Shown here piece by piece: positions 7,320 through 17,713 of a stretch of DNA of 64,000 nt (within the stretch, counting starts at the first letter, position 1; every line of letters begins with the position of its first letter). The notes beneath the pieces were generated by a model. That model was not told the DNA's origin, did no database searches, and saw only the letters and a list, made by a program, of their open reading frames with translations. The translations under genes were made by a program, and so were the position numbers. Source of the stretch: an uncultured Gammaproteobacteria bacterium (GTDB lineage: Bacteria > Patescibacteriota > Microgenomatia > UBA8517); contig CAZOVJ010000001.1 in NCBI GenBank assembly GCA_964583685.1, forward strand, positions 260,033 through 324,032, in the 5' to 3' direction.

Positions 7320-9592
7320 ATCCCTTCCTTAACAACAATTATATTTCCCTGGCAAAAGACTTTTTCAAGATGCTCTCCGACTAGGAATTTTCTATCTTCG
7401 TAAATAATATACTCCAGACTGGCTTTATTTTGAGGCTCATTTCCCATCCACCACAAGAGATAACCATAATTCTGGGCATAGTTTCCTTTGAAATAGTCAT
7501 AGGCGCCTTTCCTTGCCAGTTTAAAAGGCCGACCTTGGGAATCTTCTATTATCCGAGCCGCAACTTTACACTGCAAATCGTAGGGAACACTGCGGTTTTT
7601 ATAAACTTTGTTTTGGGGAAGATAAAACCACTTATCCGAAAAAAAGAACCCTAAATTCATAATGGTTATTAGCACCAATATTAAAATTACAATTCCCTTC
7701 CCAATATTCTTTTTATTTCGTGCTTTTAAATAAAGTCCCAAAATAATTATTGGTATTGGGAAAAGAGGAAGAAAATAATGAATTGGTGGTTGGCCATGGA
7801 TAAAAAGAGCTAAGATTCCAAAAACCAACCAGCTTATAATTGTTAACCAAGGAAGGTCCTTTGTCTTTTTCAAGATTTGTTCTCTTGTTTTTATAAAAAG
7901 ATAAATAACAATCAAGATAACCAAGGGTAAAGCAAGAATTTTTGACCTGGCTATGAAACTAAGGCTAAAAAATTGATAAATCGACTCTAAATTTTCAAGC
8001 ACGATTCCCAAAGAAACTGTGTTTTTGGGATATAGTCCCAGAAAACCAATCAGTCTATATGGCAACCAAAGAAAAAGCTTACTCAACATTTCAAATTTAT
8101 GAGTAGCATTGTAAATTAAAAAGGGTATTTGGGGAATGAAAAAACCGCTTATTCCTTCGAACAGTTTTCTCTGCTGGATACTCTTTCTTTTAAAGTAAAT
8201 GAGAACTAAAACAACAGGTATAAGACAAATTGAAGTTAGGTGAAAATTAAACATTATTCCCAAAAACAATCCAACCAAAAAAAGATGTTTCCCCTTACTT
8301 TGCAAAGATTCAAATAAAAAGTATAAGAAAGGATAAACAAAGATGGCCGCCAATGAAAAAAAGCGGGCCTCCCTGGTAAAACTAAGCCATAAAGGAGATA
8401 TCGCTAGTAAATATGATGAGAGGAGAGCAATTCTTTTGTCAAACATCTTAGCCACAAACCAAAAATTTAGCCAAATAGCAATCAAAGATGCCAAGGCGAT
8501 AAAATAAGCACCAGCCAGAGGATTATAATCTGCTAGCCAGAGTACCGGCCCAAAAATCCAATAAAACAAAGGTCCAAAAAAAAGCCAGGGGTGGGAAGTA
8601 GGAGGACCAAGAAGAGGAATCTCCTTACTCTCAATAAAATTTTTGATGACCAGATAATTATGGCCTAATTCGCTATGAAAAACTAAATTCTGCTCTATTC
8701 TGAAAAATCTTAGAAATCCTGCCAGAAGAGTAACGGCAATTAAAATCGCTTGATATTTAGAAAATCTAGTAAAGAGTTCAACAATCATTACCCAGGCAAT
8801 TCCATAATGCTTTTTGAAATAATAAAATCTGCTTTCTCTAAATATTCTCTTTGATTTCTTAGTATGAGGCTTACCCTTTTCCCAAAAATGAACAATCTTT
8901 GCTTCAGGAATAATAAAAATCTTCCAGCCGTGCTCCCGCCTGCCAGCAGGTAGGTCTTTAATCCGTTTGCATAAATCCGATTCTTCAAAATATAGAAAAA
9001 AACTCTCATCAAAGCCTTTCATCTCTTCATAAATTTTTTTGCGAATCAAGAAGGCGGAACCAGGAACAACATCTACTTCTCGCTTTCTATCCAAAGGTTT
9101 ATCCCTTAGCCAATATTTTCTTGAAACTGGATTATCGGGAAAAAGCTTATTCAAAAAAGACAAAGCAAAAACACCCCTGATAGGAGTCAGCTTCCCTGTA
9201 CCCAACTGATCAAAGAGCTGATACTTAGAATTGACTAAATTAGGGGCAACCAGAGCAGCTTTTTTATTTTTCTTAAGAAAACCAACCAAATTGTCTATCG
9301 AATTTGGCAAAATCTTGGTATCTGGATTTAGAATAAAAAGAAATTCTCCTCGAGCCTCTTTTGCCCCCAGATTATTGCCCGCACCATAGCCTATGTTTCC
9401 CTGGCTTTGAAAATATTTAACACTGGGAAATTTTTTAATCAATTCTCGGCCGATTTTCTTTTTCTCATCATTGTCAACCACAATTAACTCATAGCTAAGA
9501 TTGGGCTTATTTTCCTTAATAGAACTCAGGCACTGAAATAAAGCTTCTTTGTCTTTATAGTGAACAATAATGATGGAAACTTCAGGTTTCAT
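7316..9592 (-). CDS. Fusion of a GT2 (WbbL-like) domain and a GT-C (ArnT/PMT-like) membrane glycosyltransferase
   Basis: N-terminal VVDN, NIGYGAGNN, LNPD, GFDESFFLYFEESD; C-terminal polytopic part with PLLGPPTS..GPLFY. Confidence 0.8.
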   Translation of the reverse strand: MKPEVSIIIVHYKDKEALFQCLSSIKENKPNLSYELIVVDNDEKKKIGRELIKKFPSVKYFQSQGNIGYGAGNNLGAKEARGEFLFILNPDTKILPNSIDNLVGFLKKNKKAALVAPNLVNSKYQLFDQLGTGKLTPIRGVFALSFLNKLFPDNPVSRKYWLRDKPLDRKREVDVVPGSAFLIRKKIYEEMKGFDESFFLYFEESDLCKRIKDLPAGRREHGWKIFIIPEAKIVHFWEKGKPHTKKSKRIFRESRFYYFKKHYGIAWVMIVELFTRFSKYQAILIAVTLLAGFLRFFRIEQNLVFHSELGHNYLVIKNFIESKEIPLLGPPTSHPWLFFGPLFYWIFGPVLWLADYNPLAGAYFIALASLIAIWLNFWFVAKMFDKRIALLSSYLLAISPLWLSFTREARFFSLAAIFVYPFLYFLFESLQSKGKHLFLVGLFLGIMFNFHLTSICLIPVVLVLIYFKRKSIQQRKLFEGISGFFIPQIPFLIYNATHKFEMLSKLFLWLPYRLIGFLGLYPKNTVSLGIVLENLESIYQFFSLSFIARSKILALPLVILIVIYLFIKTREQILKKTKDLPWLTIISWLVFGILALFIHGQPPIHYFLPLFPIPIIILGLYLKARNKKNIGKGIVILILVLITIMNLGFFFSDKWFYLPQNKVYKNRSVPYDLQCKVAARIIEDSQGRPFKLARKGAYDYFKGNYAQNYGYLLWWMGNEPQNKASLEYIIYEDRKFLVGEHLEKVFCQGNIIVVKEGI
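8935..8954. repeat. Short palindromic element CCCGCCTGCCAGCAGGTAGG inside a coding sequence (LPAGRR)
   Basis: Imperfect 20-bp palindrome with CCYGCC/GGYAGG ends; GC-rich patch in an AT-rich gene. Confidence 0.65.
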
Positions 9593-10704
9593 TTTCTAGA
9601 AATTTTTCTCAGAGCTTTCTCAATACATTTAGCTTGGCTGCTCCAACTAAAATTCTTGACAACATGTTTCCTGCCCGCTTTTCCCATTCTTTTCGCCAAT
9701 AGCGGGTGTCTAATTAAATAAACTATCTTTTGAGCCAATTCTTGAGGGTTTCTTTTAAGAAGATAGCCTGTCTTTTTATCTAAAACCGTTTCCTTATACC
9801 CTCCTTCGTTGACAGCCAAAACAGGTGTTTCACAAGCCATTGACTCGATTGCCTTAAGACCAAAGGGCTCGGAATAATCTAGACAAAGAGTGGCCAGGGA
9901 AGTTGAATACTCATGTACCATTCCTTTATCATCCTTTATTCTGGGTTGGCCAAGAGAAAAGTCAAGCACTTCTAGTTTGGGTCTAAGCTCGGTTGACATT
10001 AAATCTAGGGCCTGTTTCGCCAAATCATAGCCTTCTATTTCTATCCTATTGCCAATAAACAACACCTTTTTCTCTTTTCTTTTAGAGCCTGGCTGAAAAA
10101 CCTGAGTATCTACACCTGGATAGCAAATAATCGCTTTCCGATTATAAGCCTTCTTTATTTTCTTTTGAATAAACTGAGAATTGGTTAAGATAACATTTGC
10201 AGAACTAGCATTTCTCTTATCAATAATCTTTCTCAATCTCCGTGTTGCTAATTCATAAAACTTCTTCGGCCAAACTACTTTTTCTTTAAACATCAACTGT
10301 TTTTCGTAAACGATTCTTAAAAGTTCATGGCTGTAATATGCACTTGGGGTTTTAAGAAATCTCAAAATAAACGGTGATTCTGTAAATTTGTCTGAGTGAA
10401 CTAAAACCGCATCATAATTACCTGCGTCTATCTGCTCAGAAATTTTTTTATGAACCAAGGCAAGTTGTACAAAATTCTGAAAATCTCTTTCTAATCTGGC
10501 CAGAAACGAAGGTAAACTACTTTTGATCTTAAAGTCGAAGAGAAAAGACTTAGCCACCAAGGGCTTTAAATCCAAAAATTTTTCATCACTAGAAGCCAAT
10601 TCAAATAAATGAAGTTCATGCTTTTTGGCAAGATATTTAGCCTGTTTATAGATACCTCTTTTGGCTCCTCCAGGGGGCAGATTATGAAACACGGCTATTT
10701 TCAT
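9589..10704 (-). CDS. GT4 family glycosyltransferase
   Basis: PPGGAKR, YPGVD, EPFGLKAIESMACETP. Confidence 0.92.
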   Translation of the reverse strand: MKIAVFHNLPPGGAKRGIYKQAKYLAKKHELHLFELASSDEKFLDLKPLVAKSFLFDFKIKSSLPSFLARLERDFQNFVQLALVHKKISEQIDAGNYDAVLVHSDKFTESPFILRFLKTPSAYYSHELLRIVYEKQLMFKEKVVWPKKFYELATRRLRKIIDKRNASSANVILTNSQFIQKKIKKAYNRKAIICYPGVDTQVFQPGSKRKEKKVLFIGNRIEIEGYDLAKQALDLMSTELRPKLEVLDFSLGQPRIKDDKGMVHEYSTSLATLCLDYSEPFGLKAIESMACETPVLAVNEGGYKETVLDKKTGYLLKRNPQELAQKIVYLIRHPLLAKRMGKAGRKHVVKNFSWSSQAKCIEKALRKISRK

Positions 10705-11537
10705 TTTCTCTTTAAAACAGACAGAAAATCATTTCCCCAGAAAATATTAAAAGGGAAATAGTTCCCTAGGGGGTAGAGATAAACCAAGCTATTAAATAAT
10801 TTATCCTTCCAACTAAGCTCTGGCTTGAGCACAGTAATATTTGTAGACCTAATCTTTCCTAAGAATCCATGTTTGTTAAATAACTTCTTTAATGAAAAAT
10901 AATTCGGCTCATTGATATGCATTATCTTATGTGAGGGAATCCTTAATTCTTTCCAAGGCTGAAGATTTCCATAATTTCTGCCCTTTAATTTATTCCAGAG
11001 AGAAACTATTAAAGTGCTCACTGGGTAACAATAAAAGCGATAGGTATAATCATTAAACCAACGAGCTGGAGCTGTATGAACAAAAACAAAACCCTCTTTT
11101 TTCAAAACCCTTAAAACCTCCTTAAATACCTTTTCTTGTTCTTCAGGGTAGAGATGCTCAAACACCTCCACCAGGAACACCGCATCAAAGCTTTTATCAG
11201 GGAACTTTAGATCTTTGGCATCCATTAACAAAAAACTTATTTTCTTTCTGTCTTCCTGACTACGTTTTTCTTTAGCCTCCTGGGCAAGTTTAATCGCTTC
11301 CTGCGAATAATCTATACCAACAACTTCCGCTCCTTTTCTTGCCGCCCAAAACACAAGTTCTCCTCGCCCACAGCCAATATCTAATATTTTCATATTCCTA
11401 CGAATGGGAATCTCTCTAACTATTCTCTTTAGGCGAGGCTCAAGTTTTCTTCCCCAAGTTTTTTTAAACTCTTCATGGCCTGTACAGTCCGTCAAATAAT
11501 ATTCCCGTGTATAAAGAGACGGCTTCACCCTTCTCAT
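10701..11537 (-). CDS. Class I SAM-dependent methyltransferase (likely glycan modification)
   Basis: ILDIGCGRG, GIDYS, FPDKSFD, EVFEHL. Confidence 0.9.
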   Translation of the reverse strand: MRRVKPSLYTREYYLTDCTGHEEFKKTWGRKLEPRLKRIVREIPIRRNMKILDIGCGRGELVFWAARKGAEVVGIDYSQEAIKLAQEAKEKRSQEDRKKISFLLMDAKDLKFPDKSFDAVFLVEVFEHLYPEEQEKVFKEVLRVLKKEGFVFVHTAPARWFNDYTYRFYCYPVSTLIVSLWNKLKGRNYGNLQPWKELRIPSHKIMHINEPNYFSLKKLFNKHGFLGKIRSTNITVLKPELSWKDKLFNSLVYLYPLGNYFPFNIFWGNDFLSVLKRK

Positions 11538-12760
11538 TTCAAATCGCCAAAAACCCTGGCAAGATAAAAAATAATAATCGGTAAGGCGGTAATCGAACCA
11601 ATCAAGGCCGATAGCCCGGCCCCAACTATTCCAAACTTAACCACCAAAGGAACAATTGAAATTGCCAGTCCTAAAATGCTGACTAAAGTAACAACCATCA
11701 CATATTCCTGCTTCTTAATGGCTAAAAAAAGGGCTGATGATGAACCCGAGATTGCTCTGACCATACCAAAAATAGACAAAACCTTTAAAGCTGGAACCAC
11801 AGCCAGCCAGTTTCCTCCCAAAACAATTAAGACAATCTCTTTGGAAAAGAAAAATAGGATAAGACCTATGGGGATAACCAGAGCAGAAATTGTTAGCGTT
11901 GTCCTGACAAAAGCTCTTTTGAGCCGAATAATATCGTCCGATATCTTAACATATACTGGAAAAGTAACTTTTCCAAAAACTTCCGAAACTTCTGTTATGG
12001 GCAAAGTTGATAGTTTATAAGCGATTTGATAAGTTCCTAGGGCAGTCACGTTAAGTAGGCGACCAACAACAATATCGTCCCCCTGGCGAAATAGATAATT
12101 AAAAATTCCAGCAGCTGTAACCCATTTTCCTCTCCCTAAAATCTTTCTAACCTGTGCTTTTTCAATGACAAATTTTGGAATTGGTTTGACTACAATAAAT
12201 GAAAGAAGGACTTCTAGAAGACCGCCAGCAATCAATCCCCAGACCAAACCTGAGGCCGAACGAATAATCAAAGTAATTAAAACCGCAAAAAAGGCATCGC
12301 AGCTAAATACAAAAAATCGAAAGAAAAATTCTTTATTGAATTCAAGCTCTTTCTGGAATTTGATAATTGCCGGATTTAGAAATCCCCGAATCAAGGGAAC
12401 CAAACTTATTAAAAGTAGTAAAGAATATGAACCTGGCGATTTAAAAAAAGAGGTAATAAGAGAAGAAGCTAGAACAATGACGCTCGAAATCAAAATTCCT
12501 CGGAAAATAGCAATAACCCAAGCAGTATTAATATATTTCTTTAAGTTTATTTTTGACTGAACTAGAAAAACATTAATGCCTGTTTCCGTTAAAATCTCCA
12601 AAAAAGCCAGAGCTAAACTGGCGATGCCAAAAAGGCCGAATTGTTCTGGCAATAAAATGCGTGCCAGGATAGCTATTTTCAGAAAGGCAAGCAAGCGGGT
12701 AGAAACCCTTAAACTTCCTATCCAGGAGATACCTTTAAAAGTGTCTCTAAAATAGCCCAT
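11534..12760 (-). CDS. Wzx/WzxC-type polysaccharide flippase
   Basis: LARILLPEQFG, D.IVVGRLL..LG.Y, about 12 TM helices; start at ATG 12760. Confidence 0.88.
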   Translation of the reverse strand: MGYFRDTFKGISWIGSLRVSTRLLAFLKIAILARILLPEQFGLFGIASLALAFLEILTETGINVFLVQSKINLKKYINTAWVIAIFRGILISSVIVLASSLITSFFKSPGSYSLLLLISLVPLIRGFLNPAIIKFQKELEFNKEFFFRFFVFSCDAFFAVLITLIIRSASGLVWGLIAGGLLEVLLSFIVVKPIPKFVIEKAQVRKILGRGKWVTAAGIFNYLFRQGDDIVVGRLLNVTALGTYQIAYKLSTLPITEVSEVFGKVTFPVYVKISDDIIRLKRAFVRTTLTISALVIPIGLILFFFSKEIVLIVLGGNWLAVVPALKVLSIFGMVRAISGSSSALFLAIKKQEYVMVVTLVSILGLAISIVPLVVKFGIVGAGLSALIGSITALPIIIFYLARVFGDLK

Positions 12761-12770
12761 CCTATTTCTT

Positions 12771-13718
12771 TTATTTCTCAATTGTACCAATTATAAAACC
12801 CGTCATCACTGCCAAATCAGAAGTAATTTGGATTGTTGGTAACCAGAGTTTTGCTCTCCAATCCATAACCACATCTTGCATTTTCCAAATTGACCAAAGC
12901 AAATATAAAATCAAAAGAACAACCAAACCAGAGAGCAGGCAAGAAAATCTCAGTGAAAATATAAGTAAAAGGAGAGCAAAGAGATAACGGGCAAAAATCA
13001 GAGATATCTTAATATTGTGCGACGCAAACCTTTGTTGAGAATGCCACCAGATTCCGGCCTGGGCATCTCCCTTGGCGTAGTTATAGAACTTTCTTAAGGA
13101 TTGGCCAAAGGTCTTGGGTAATTGCCAATAAACAATGGCTTTTTTTACTCGGGCTATCTTAAATCCTTTTTTTAAAACATTGTAAACAAACAGAGTGTCT
13201 TCCCCAGCCCTATCTAGTTTTTCAGAATAGCCCCCTACCCTTCTCCAGACCTTTTTTTTAAAGGCCATGGAGCGGGCTGAAGGAAGAAAAGAATTGGCAT
13301 CAAACCTTTTTGCTGGAATACCATGAAAGGGGGCAATCGCCTGCCCAAAAGGAGAACTGGCAATCATTTGATAAAAACCAGCAACAAAATCAATCTCTTT
13401 TTGCTTTAAAGGAGCAATGAGCTTTTCCAGCCAATCTTTTTTAGCCACACAGCCGGCATCGGTTTGAGCAATGAGCGAGGAGCGGGCTGATTTAATGGAA
13501 AGATTTCTAGCTTGCGCAATTGAGCCTGGTTCAATAATCAGTCTGATTTGTCTAAGCTTTTTTTGATAATCCTTGATTATTCCAACAGTTTTATCCTGTG
13601 ATCCCCCATCCACTATCACTATCTCATCAGGCTTTCTGGTCTGTCCCAATAAAGAGTCCAAAAGCCCACCAATACTTCTCTCCTCATTAAAAACAGTAAT
13701 ACAAACGGAAACCTTCAT
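12771..13718 (-). CDS. GT2 glycosyltransferase with C-terminal TM helices
   Basis: ITVFNE, IVDGGSQD, TDAG, VGGY..GED. Confidence 0.9.
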   Translation of the reverse strand: MKVSVCITVFNEERSIGGLLDSLLGQTRKPDEIVIVDGGSQDKTVGIIKDYQKKLRQIRLIIEPGSIAQARNLSIKSARSSLIAQTDAGCVAKKDWLEKLIAPLKQKEIDFVAGFYQMIASSPFGQAIAPFHGIPAKRFDANSFLPSARSMAFKKKVWRRVGGYSEKLDRAGEDTLFVYNVLKKGFKIARVKKAIVYWQLPKTFGQSLRKFYNYAKGDAQAGIWWHSQQRFASHNIKISLIFARYLFALLLLIFSLRFSCLLSGLVVLLILYLLWSIWKMQDVVMDWRAKLWLPTIQITSDLAVMTGFIIGTIEK

Positions 13719-14887
13719 AAAAATCTTCCCATCAAGAGCAATAACCAGATAAGAATCAACTTTGGATGATAAGCAAGTTGAGATAAAACAGCCATAGAAC
13801 TCAAAAGAGCTAGTGCCTGAAGCTTTCTAATAATGCCTAAACGCTTAGCTATCAGAAAAACAACTAAGATTAAGGGAAAAATGATTGGATAGGTAAAACG
13901 GATATTGGAGACCGTCACCTGATAGCCGGACCAGGAAGGTTGAGGTAAATAAACCAGGAAATTCATCAATCCTAAGAAAATCAAAGGGCCCGTTTCTCTA
14001 AATATCTGCAACTTCCCCTTTAGTTTCCCTAGCCTGTTAGATAAGGCGAGCAGAAAAATTGCCAAGGGAGCCAAAGACCAAATAAGATACTCAGAAATCA
14101 TTGCCTGGATTGTAAACCAAATACCCTCTGAATAGCTAAATAATGTCCTGCTAACTGACCAATCAGTGGCAAAAAAATCAGGATGGCCTGCTAGGCCAAA
14201 CATGGCAATCGGATAAAAAGGATTCCCAGTTATCAAATAATTTCTGACAAACCAAAATAGACCAAAAAAAGAAAAAGGTACAGAAAATGCCACTAATTTC
14301 TTTAGGTTAAGGAGCGGATAAATGTTTCTTAAAAAAATAATTAAAAGTACGCCCGTAGATAAAATACCCGAATACTTTACTCCAGTAAGCAAGCCTAGAG
14401 CCAAGCCTAGTTTAAAGAAATAAACAGTTTTCTTTTGAGGTTTAACCAATAAATATAATGAACTTAAGAAAAAAATGGCCAGCCAGATATCTATTGTCTG
14501 AGTTGGCACCAATCTCAGCACAGTGGGCAAAAGACATAAACTGACAGCAAAAACAAAAGAAGAATCTTTACCCAGGCCAAAGGCTCTTCCTAGCTTTTTG
14601 TTGATAAAAAAGAGGGTTACTAATGCCAAAACATTAAATAAATTTAAAGGTATGCCTATTCTCAGAAAAAGACTAAGAATGCCCTCGCCTACTCCGGGAT
14701 AGAATCCAAGGCCTTGCTGGATATTGAACATGTTTAAAAATTCACCCCTACTAAAATTCTGAGCAATGGGAATATGGTAGGTTAAACTATCAACTTCAGC
14801 GATTTTTATGGGAGTAGTAGTTATTCCCAAATAAGCATAGTAAAGAAGAACAAAAGAAAACAAAGCCCCTGCCAACTTCGCAACCAT
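13715..14887 (-). CDS. Polytopic membrane protein, probable GT-C glycosyltransferase
   Basis: DSLTYH.P, FYP, GVKYSG, RNYLITGNPFYP motifs; first gene of the glycan operon. Confidence 0.65.
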   Translation of the reverse strand: MVAKLAGALFSFVLLYYAYLGITTTPIKIAEVDSLTYHIPIAQNFSRGEFLNMFNIQQGLGFYPGVGEGILSLFLRIGIPLNLFNVLALVTLFFINKKLGRAFGLGKDSSFVFAVSLCLLPTVLRLVPTQTIDIWLAIFFLSSLYLLVKPQKKTVYFFKLGLALGLLTGVKYSGILSTGVLLIIFLRNIYPLLNLKKLVAFSVPFSFFGLFWFVRNYLITGNPFYPIAMFGLAGHPDFFATDWSVSRTLFSYSEGIWFTIQAMISEYLIWSLAPLAIFLLALSNRLGKLKGKLQIFRETGPLIFLGLMNFLVYLPQPSWSGYQVTVSNIRFTYPIIFPLILVVFLIAKRLGIIRKLQALALLSSMAVLSQLAYHPKLILIWLLLLMGRFL

Positions 14888-14908
14888 AAAGATTCCTTAT
14901 GGAGATTA

Positions 14909-15630
14909 TATATCAAAATATTCTCAAAAGCCTCCTCCTAGAGAACGACGTTAGAACTTATTTTAATACTACCCACTAAATAACAACCTCAATAATGCTA
15001 AGCCTCATCATCTTCACCAGACGATAACATCCCAGCAAAGCCCCTAGATAATTTCTCGCTTAATATTGACTCAACAATCACTTCTCTATCTCTCCCCCTA
15101 CATATATCACTGAACCAACTCATGCCAATACGGCTACCCCGAAGCCAAAGCATTATGCCTGCAACACCAATAGCAAAATCTTCTGGTTCAGCATCGTAAT
15201 ATGACCATGATTCACACTGAGCACAGAACTCTTGATTCTCAAATATCTCATTAAGCTTCCAACAAATACTCCTAATATCCGAGTCGGTCAAATTCCCAAA
15301 CAGCTCTTGCCTTCTCGGATGCTTAAATAAAATATCAGAAACTGACCCTATTACATCTCCATCAACATCAGCATTCTCTTGTCTGTGTAGACTAAAACCT
15401 GCTCTTAAAACCGAAAGAAAATCGTCAAAATCCACTGGAGGTATATCTGGTTCAAAATCCTCGGTGAGTACCTGCCTTCTTATATACTTCCCATAAAAAA
15501 AGACAACTCCTAAAACAACCACCTGTTTATCACGAGGTGAAATCATCTCCAAAGTCCCTAGGGGCTCATCTAATTCCCTCGCCATTGCAAGAATTATAAC
15601 ATTCTAGGGCTAAGGAGTATATCAAAATAT
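14909..15630. repeat. 13-bp direct repeat TATATCAAAATAT (14909-14921, 15618-15630) flanking one orphan gene
   Basis: Exact match, each copy preceded by GGAG, bracketing ORF 14998-15585. Confidence 0.55.
14998..15585 (-). CDS. Hypothetical acidic protein
   Basis: 195-aa ORF, TATAAT 7 nt before the ATG; no motif recognised. Confidence 0.65.
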   Translation of the reverse strand: MARELDEPLGTLEMISPRDKQVVVLGVVFFYGKYIRRQVLTEDFEPDIPPVDFDDFLSVLRAGFSLHRQENADVDGDVIGSVSDILFKHPRRQELFGNLTDSDIRSICWKLNEIFENQEFCAQCESWSYYDAEPEDFAIGVAGIMLWLRGSRIGMSWFSDICRGRDREVIVESILSEKLSRGFAGMLSSGEDDEA

Positions 15631-15829
15631 ATCAGCTCCCCAATCCTGAGATTATTATAACTGTTATTTCCAAAACATTAACGGGGTTTGAGGAGCGATA
15701 CGATTTATGAAGTGGGCTGCCTCGGAAATTCTTCAATTGGATATAAAAACGCTGATTGATTTATCTTAAACAGTAGTAGCCCGCCTAGATTTTGACCCTC
15801 CTTTTTTCAGTTGTTAAGATAATAGCTCT

Positions 15830-16693
15830 ATGTATGAGCAGGATTCCCCACTAATGAATCGACGCCAATTTTTAATATCCTCTGCAGCTCTCGCCCTTGG
15901 CGAGGCAGCCGGATTTGGGAGAGAAACAAGAAAAAAAGAAACCAATCTTCAGAAACTCAGGCAATCACTTAATGAAATTATTCTGGAAATCTATGAAGAG
16001 CATCCAAATAAAAATGAATGGGCTAGTAAGCGGGAGATGCTCAATTATTACCAAAATCTAGACCACCGACCTGGATCGGAAAAGCTGGCAGACCACGACC
16101 TCCAAGAAATTATGGCTGTTGTTGCAATGCTGTACTTACTTGATGATAAAGAAATTACATACCGTTTCAAATTCGAAAGCCCTGAAGATATTAATTTGTT
16201 TTTTGGTTTGATCTTTTCCCTTACTGAAGGAACAGGTTGTTATAAACATATTGGCCTCAGTCGTGTTCCTAATACAAGTTTATGGCGGGCTTATTTTTCC
16301 AAAGGAGGTGTTGTACTCGCCAACGAGCTGATGGAGTTTTATTCTCGTTATCTGATGCACAATGCCGGTATTGTCTTTGAAAATAGCCAAATTGACTTGA
16401 GCAATTCAAGAAAAATGCTCCGGGTTGTTGTCAAAACTATTGCCTACTCAGAAGCAACAAAAATCTTTGCCACAAATTACAATCAAGCTTCCGCTGACAA
16501 CCTCAGCCAAACTAGAAATAACATACTGGGAAATTTAGACCAAAGTTACTGGGGTCACTCTGGCCATAGAACCTTAAAGGTAATGATGAGATCTCATTTA
16601 CATCTTTTTCAAGAATACAAGGACAATCCATGGGTAAGAATAAATAACGAACCACGAATAGGTGATTTTTGTTCCTTTGTTCCCGGTAGTTAA
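15830..16693 (+). CDS. Hypothetical protein with twin-arginine-like N-terminus
   Basis: NRRQFLISSAALALG; TTGACC-17-TAAGAT promoter upstream. Confidence 0.7.
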   Translation: MYEQDSPLMNRRQFLISSAALALGEAAGFGRETRKKETNLQKLRQSLNEIILEIYEEHPNKNEWASKREMLNYYQNLDHRPGSEKLADHDLQEIMAVVAMLYLLDDKEITYRFKFESPEDINLFFGLIFSLTEGTGCYKHIGLSRVPNTSLWRAYFSKGGVVLANELMEFYSRYLMHNAGIVFENSQIDLSNSRKMLRVVVKTIAYSEATKIFATNYNQASADNLSQTRNNILGNLDQSYWGHSGHRTLKVMMRSHLHLFQEYKDNPWVRINNEPRIGDFCSFVPGS

Positions 16694-16717
16694 GGCTATA
16701 ATTTTTATCGATTTTTC

Positions 16718-17713
16718 ATGGATAATCCCGACCAGCCACTGCCAAGAGGAGTAACCTATATTGCTGGTGATGAACAGCTAGTTTTTGTCGGCTTTGAATT
16801 TTATGGCAGAGAAGATTTGAAACCTTTGGAGAACAACCGACCCTCTCCCGGCTATCCCCAGTCAGAATATAGTGCTCGAGAACAAAAAGAAAGATTTCTA
16901 AGAAAAATATTAACAACAGTTAAAGTCTTGGCTAATCGGAACTACGCCCAAGACCTTCATCGTCTAAACGAAAAAACAGGGGAGATTGATTATCCTGGTC
17001 AAAAGGCAGTTTCACTGCACCTGCGGGAAATTAGCTCTTTCGACCTGGAAAGAGCCTTGGATCAAGGTATCCAGGAGAGAAACAGTAACATTGATAACTT
17101 AATTGACCAACTTCCAGGAGACGGCTGGCCGGAAAATATTGGCCTGGGAATCCGCTTCTTAGAAATTTTAAGCCAATTTGGTATCTCCCACCCTCTAATA
17201 AATGAGGATGGCAATTATGAGCCAGCCAATATGAGACTTGAACTATATAACTCGCCGTCTTATGCCGCTGAAGCTTATGAATCTTTTTATAACCCCGATA
17301 TTAATGCCGGCTATCTGCCTTTTAACTACTCAGGGCCAGAAGCTGAGCAATTGGATGCTGAAATCAGAGCATATCTTCCTATCAATCCCAGTATTCTCTA
17401 TACAATTTTCTATAATGCCTATCGTCAGGGAGCTTTTTTTCGTCTTGATTCGCCAATCCTCTTTCTATTTCAAGAAGAAGAATATCGAGAACAACTACTA
17501 ACAATGGCCGAATTTGGCATAAAATTTGATCAAGAAGCTGAAGTAATTGAATCAATCTCTCTATTTCTCAGAACTGATGCGGGAAATTTTAAAGGATACC
17601 AAATTCAAGCAAATGGTAATCTTGAAGAAATTGGTAATCTTGAAGCTATTCCCGAGGATTGTTATCTGGTTTTAAAACAAAATTATGTTTTTAGTACTCG
17701 TGCCTGGATTTGA
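16718..17713 (+). CDS. Hypothetical acidic protein; last 19 nt overlap tRNA-Val in antisense
   Basis: 331-aa ORF, no motif recognised. Confidence 0.7.
   Translation: MDNPDQPLPRGVTYIAGDEQLVFVGFEFYGREDLKPLENNRPSPGYPQSEYSAREQKERFLRKILTTVKVLANRNYAQDLHRLNEKTGEIDYPGQKAVSLHLREISSFDLERALDQGIQERNSNIDNLIDQLPGDGWPENIGLGIRFLEILSQFGISHPLINEDGNYEPANMRLELYNSPSYAAEAYESFYNPDINAGYLPFNYSGPEAEQLDAEIRAYLPINPSILYTIFYNAYRQGAFFRLDSPILFLFQEEEYREQLLTMAEFGIKFDQEAEVIESISLFLRTDAGNFKGYQIQANGNLEEIGNLEAIPEDCYLVLKQNYVFSTRAWI

Noticed and set aside
17614-17645. 14-bp repeat with 18-nt period (GNLEEI GNLEAI)
   Set aside because: Small in-frame duplication with no further structure
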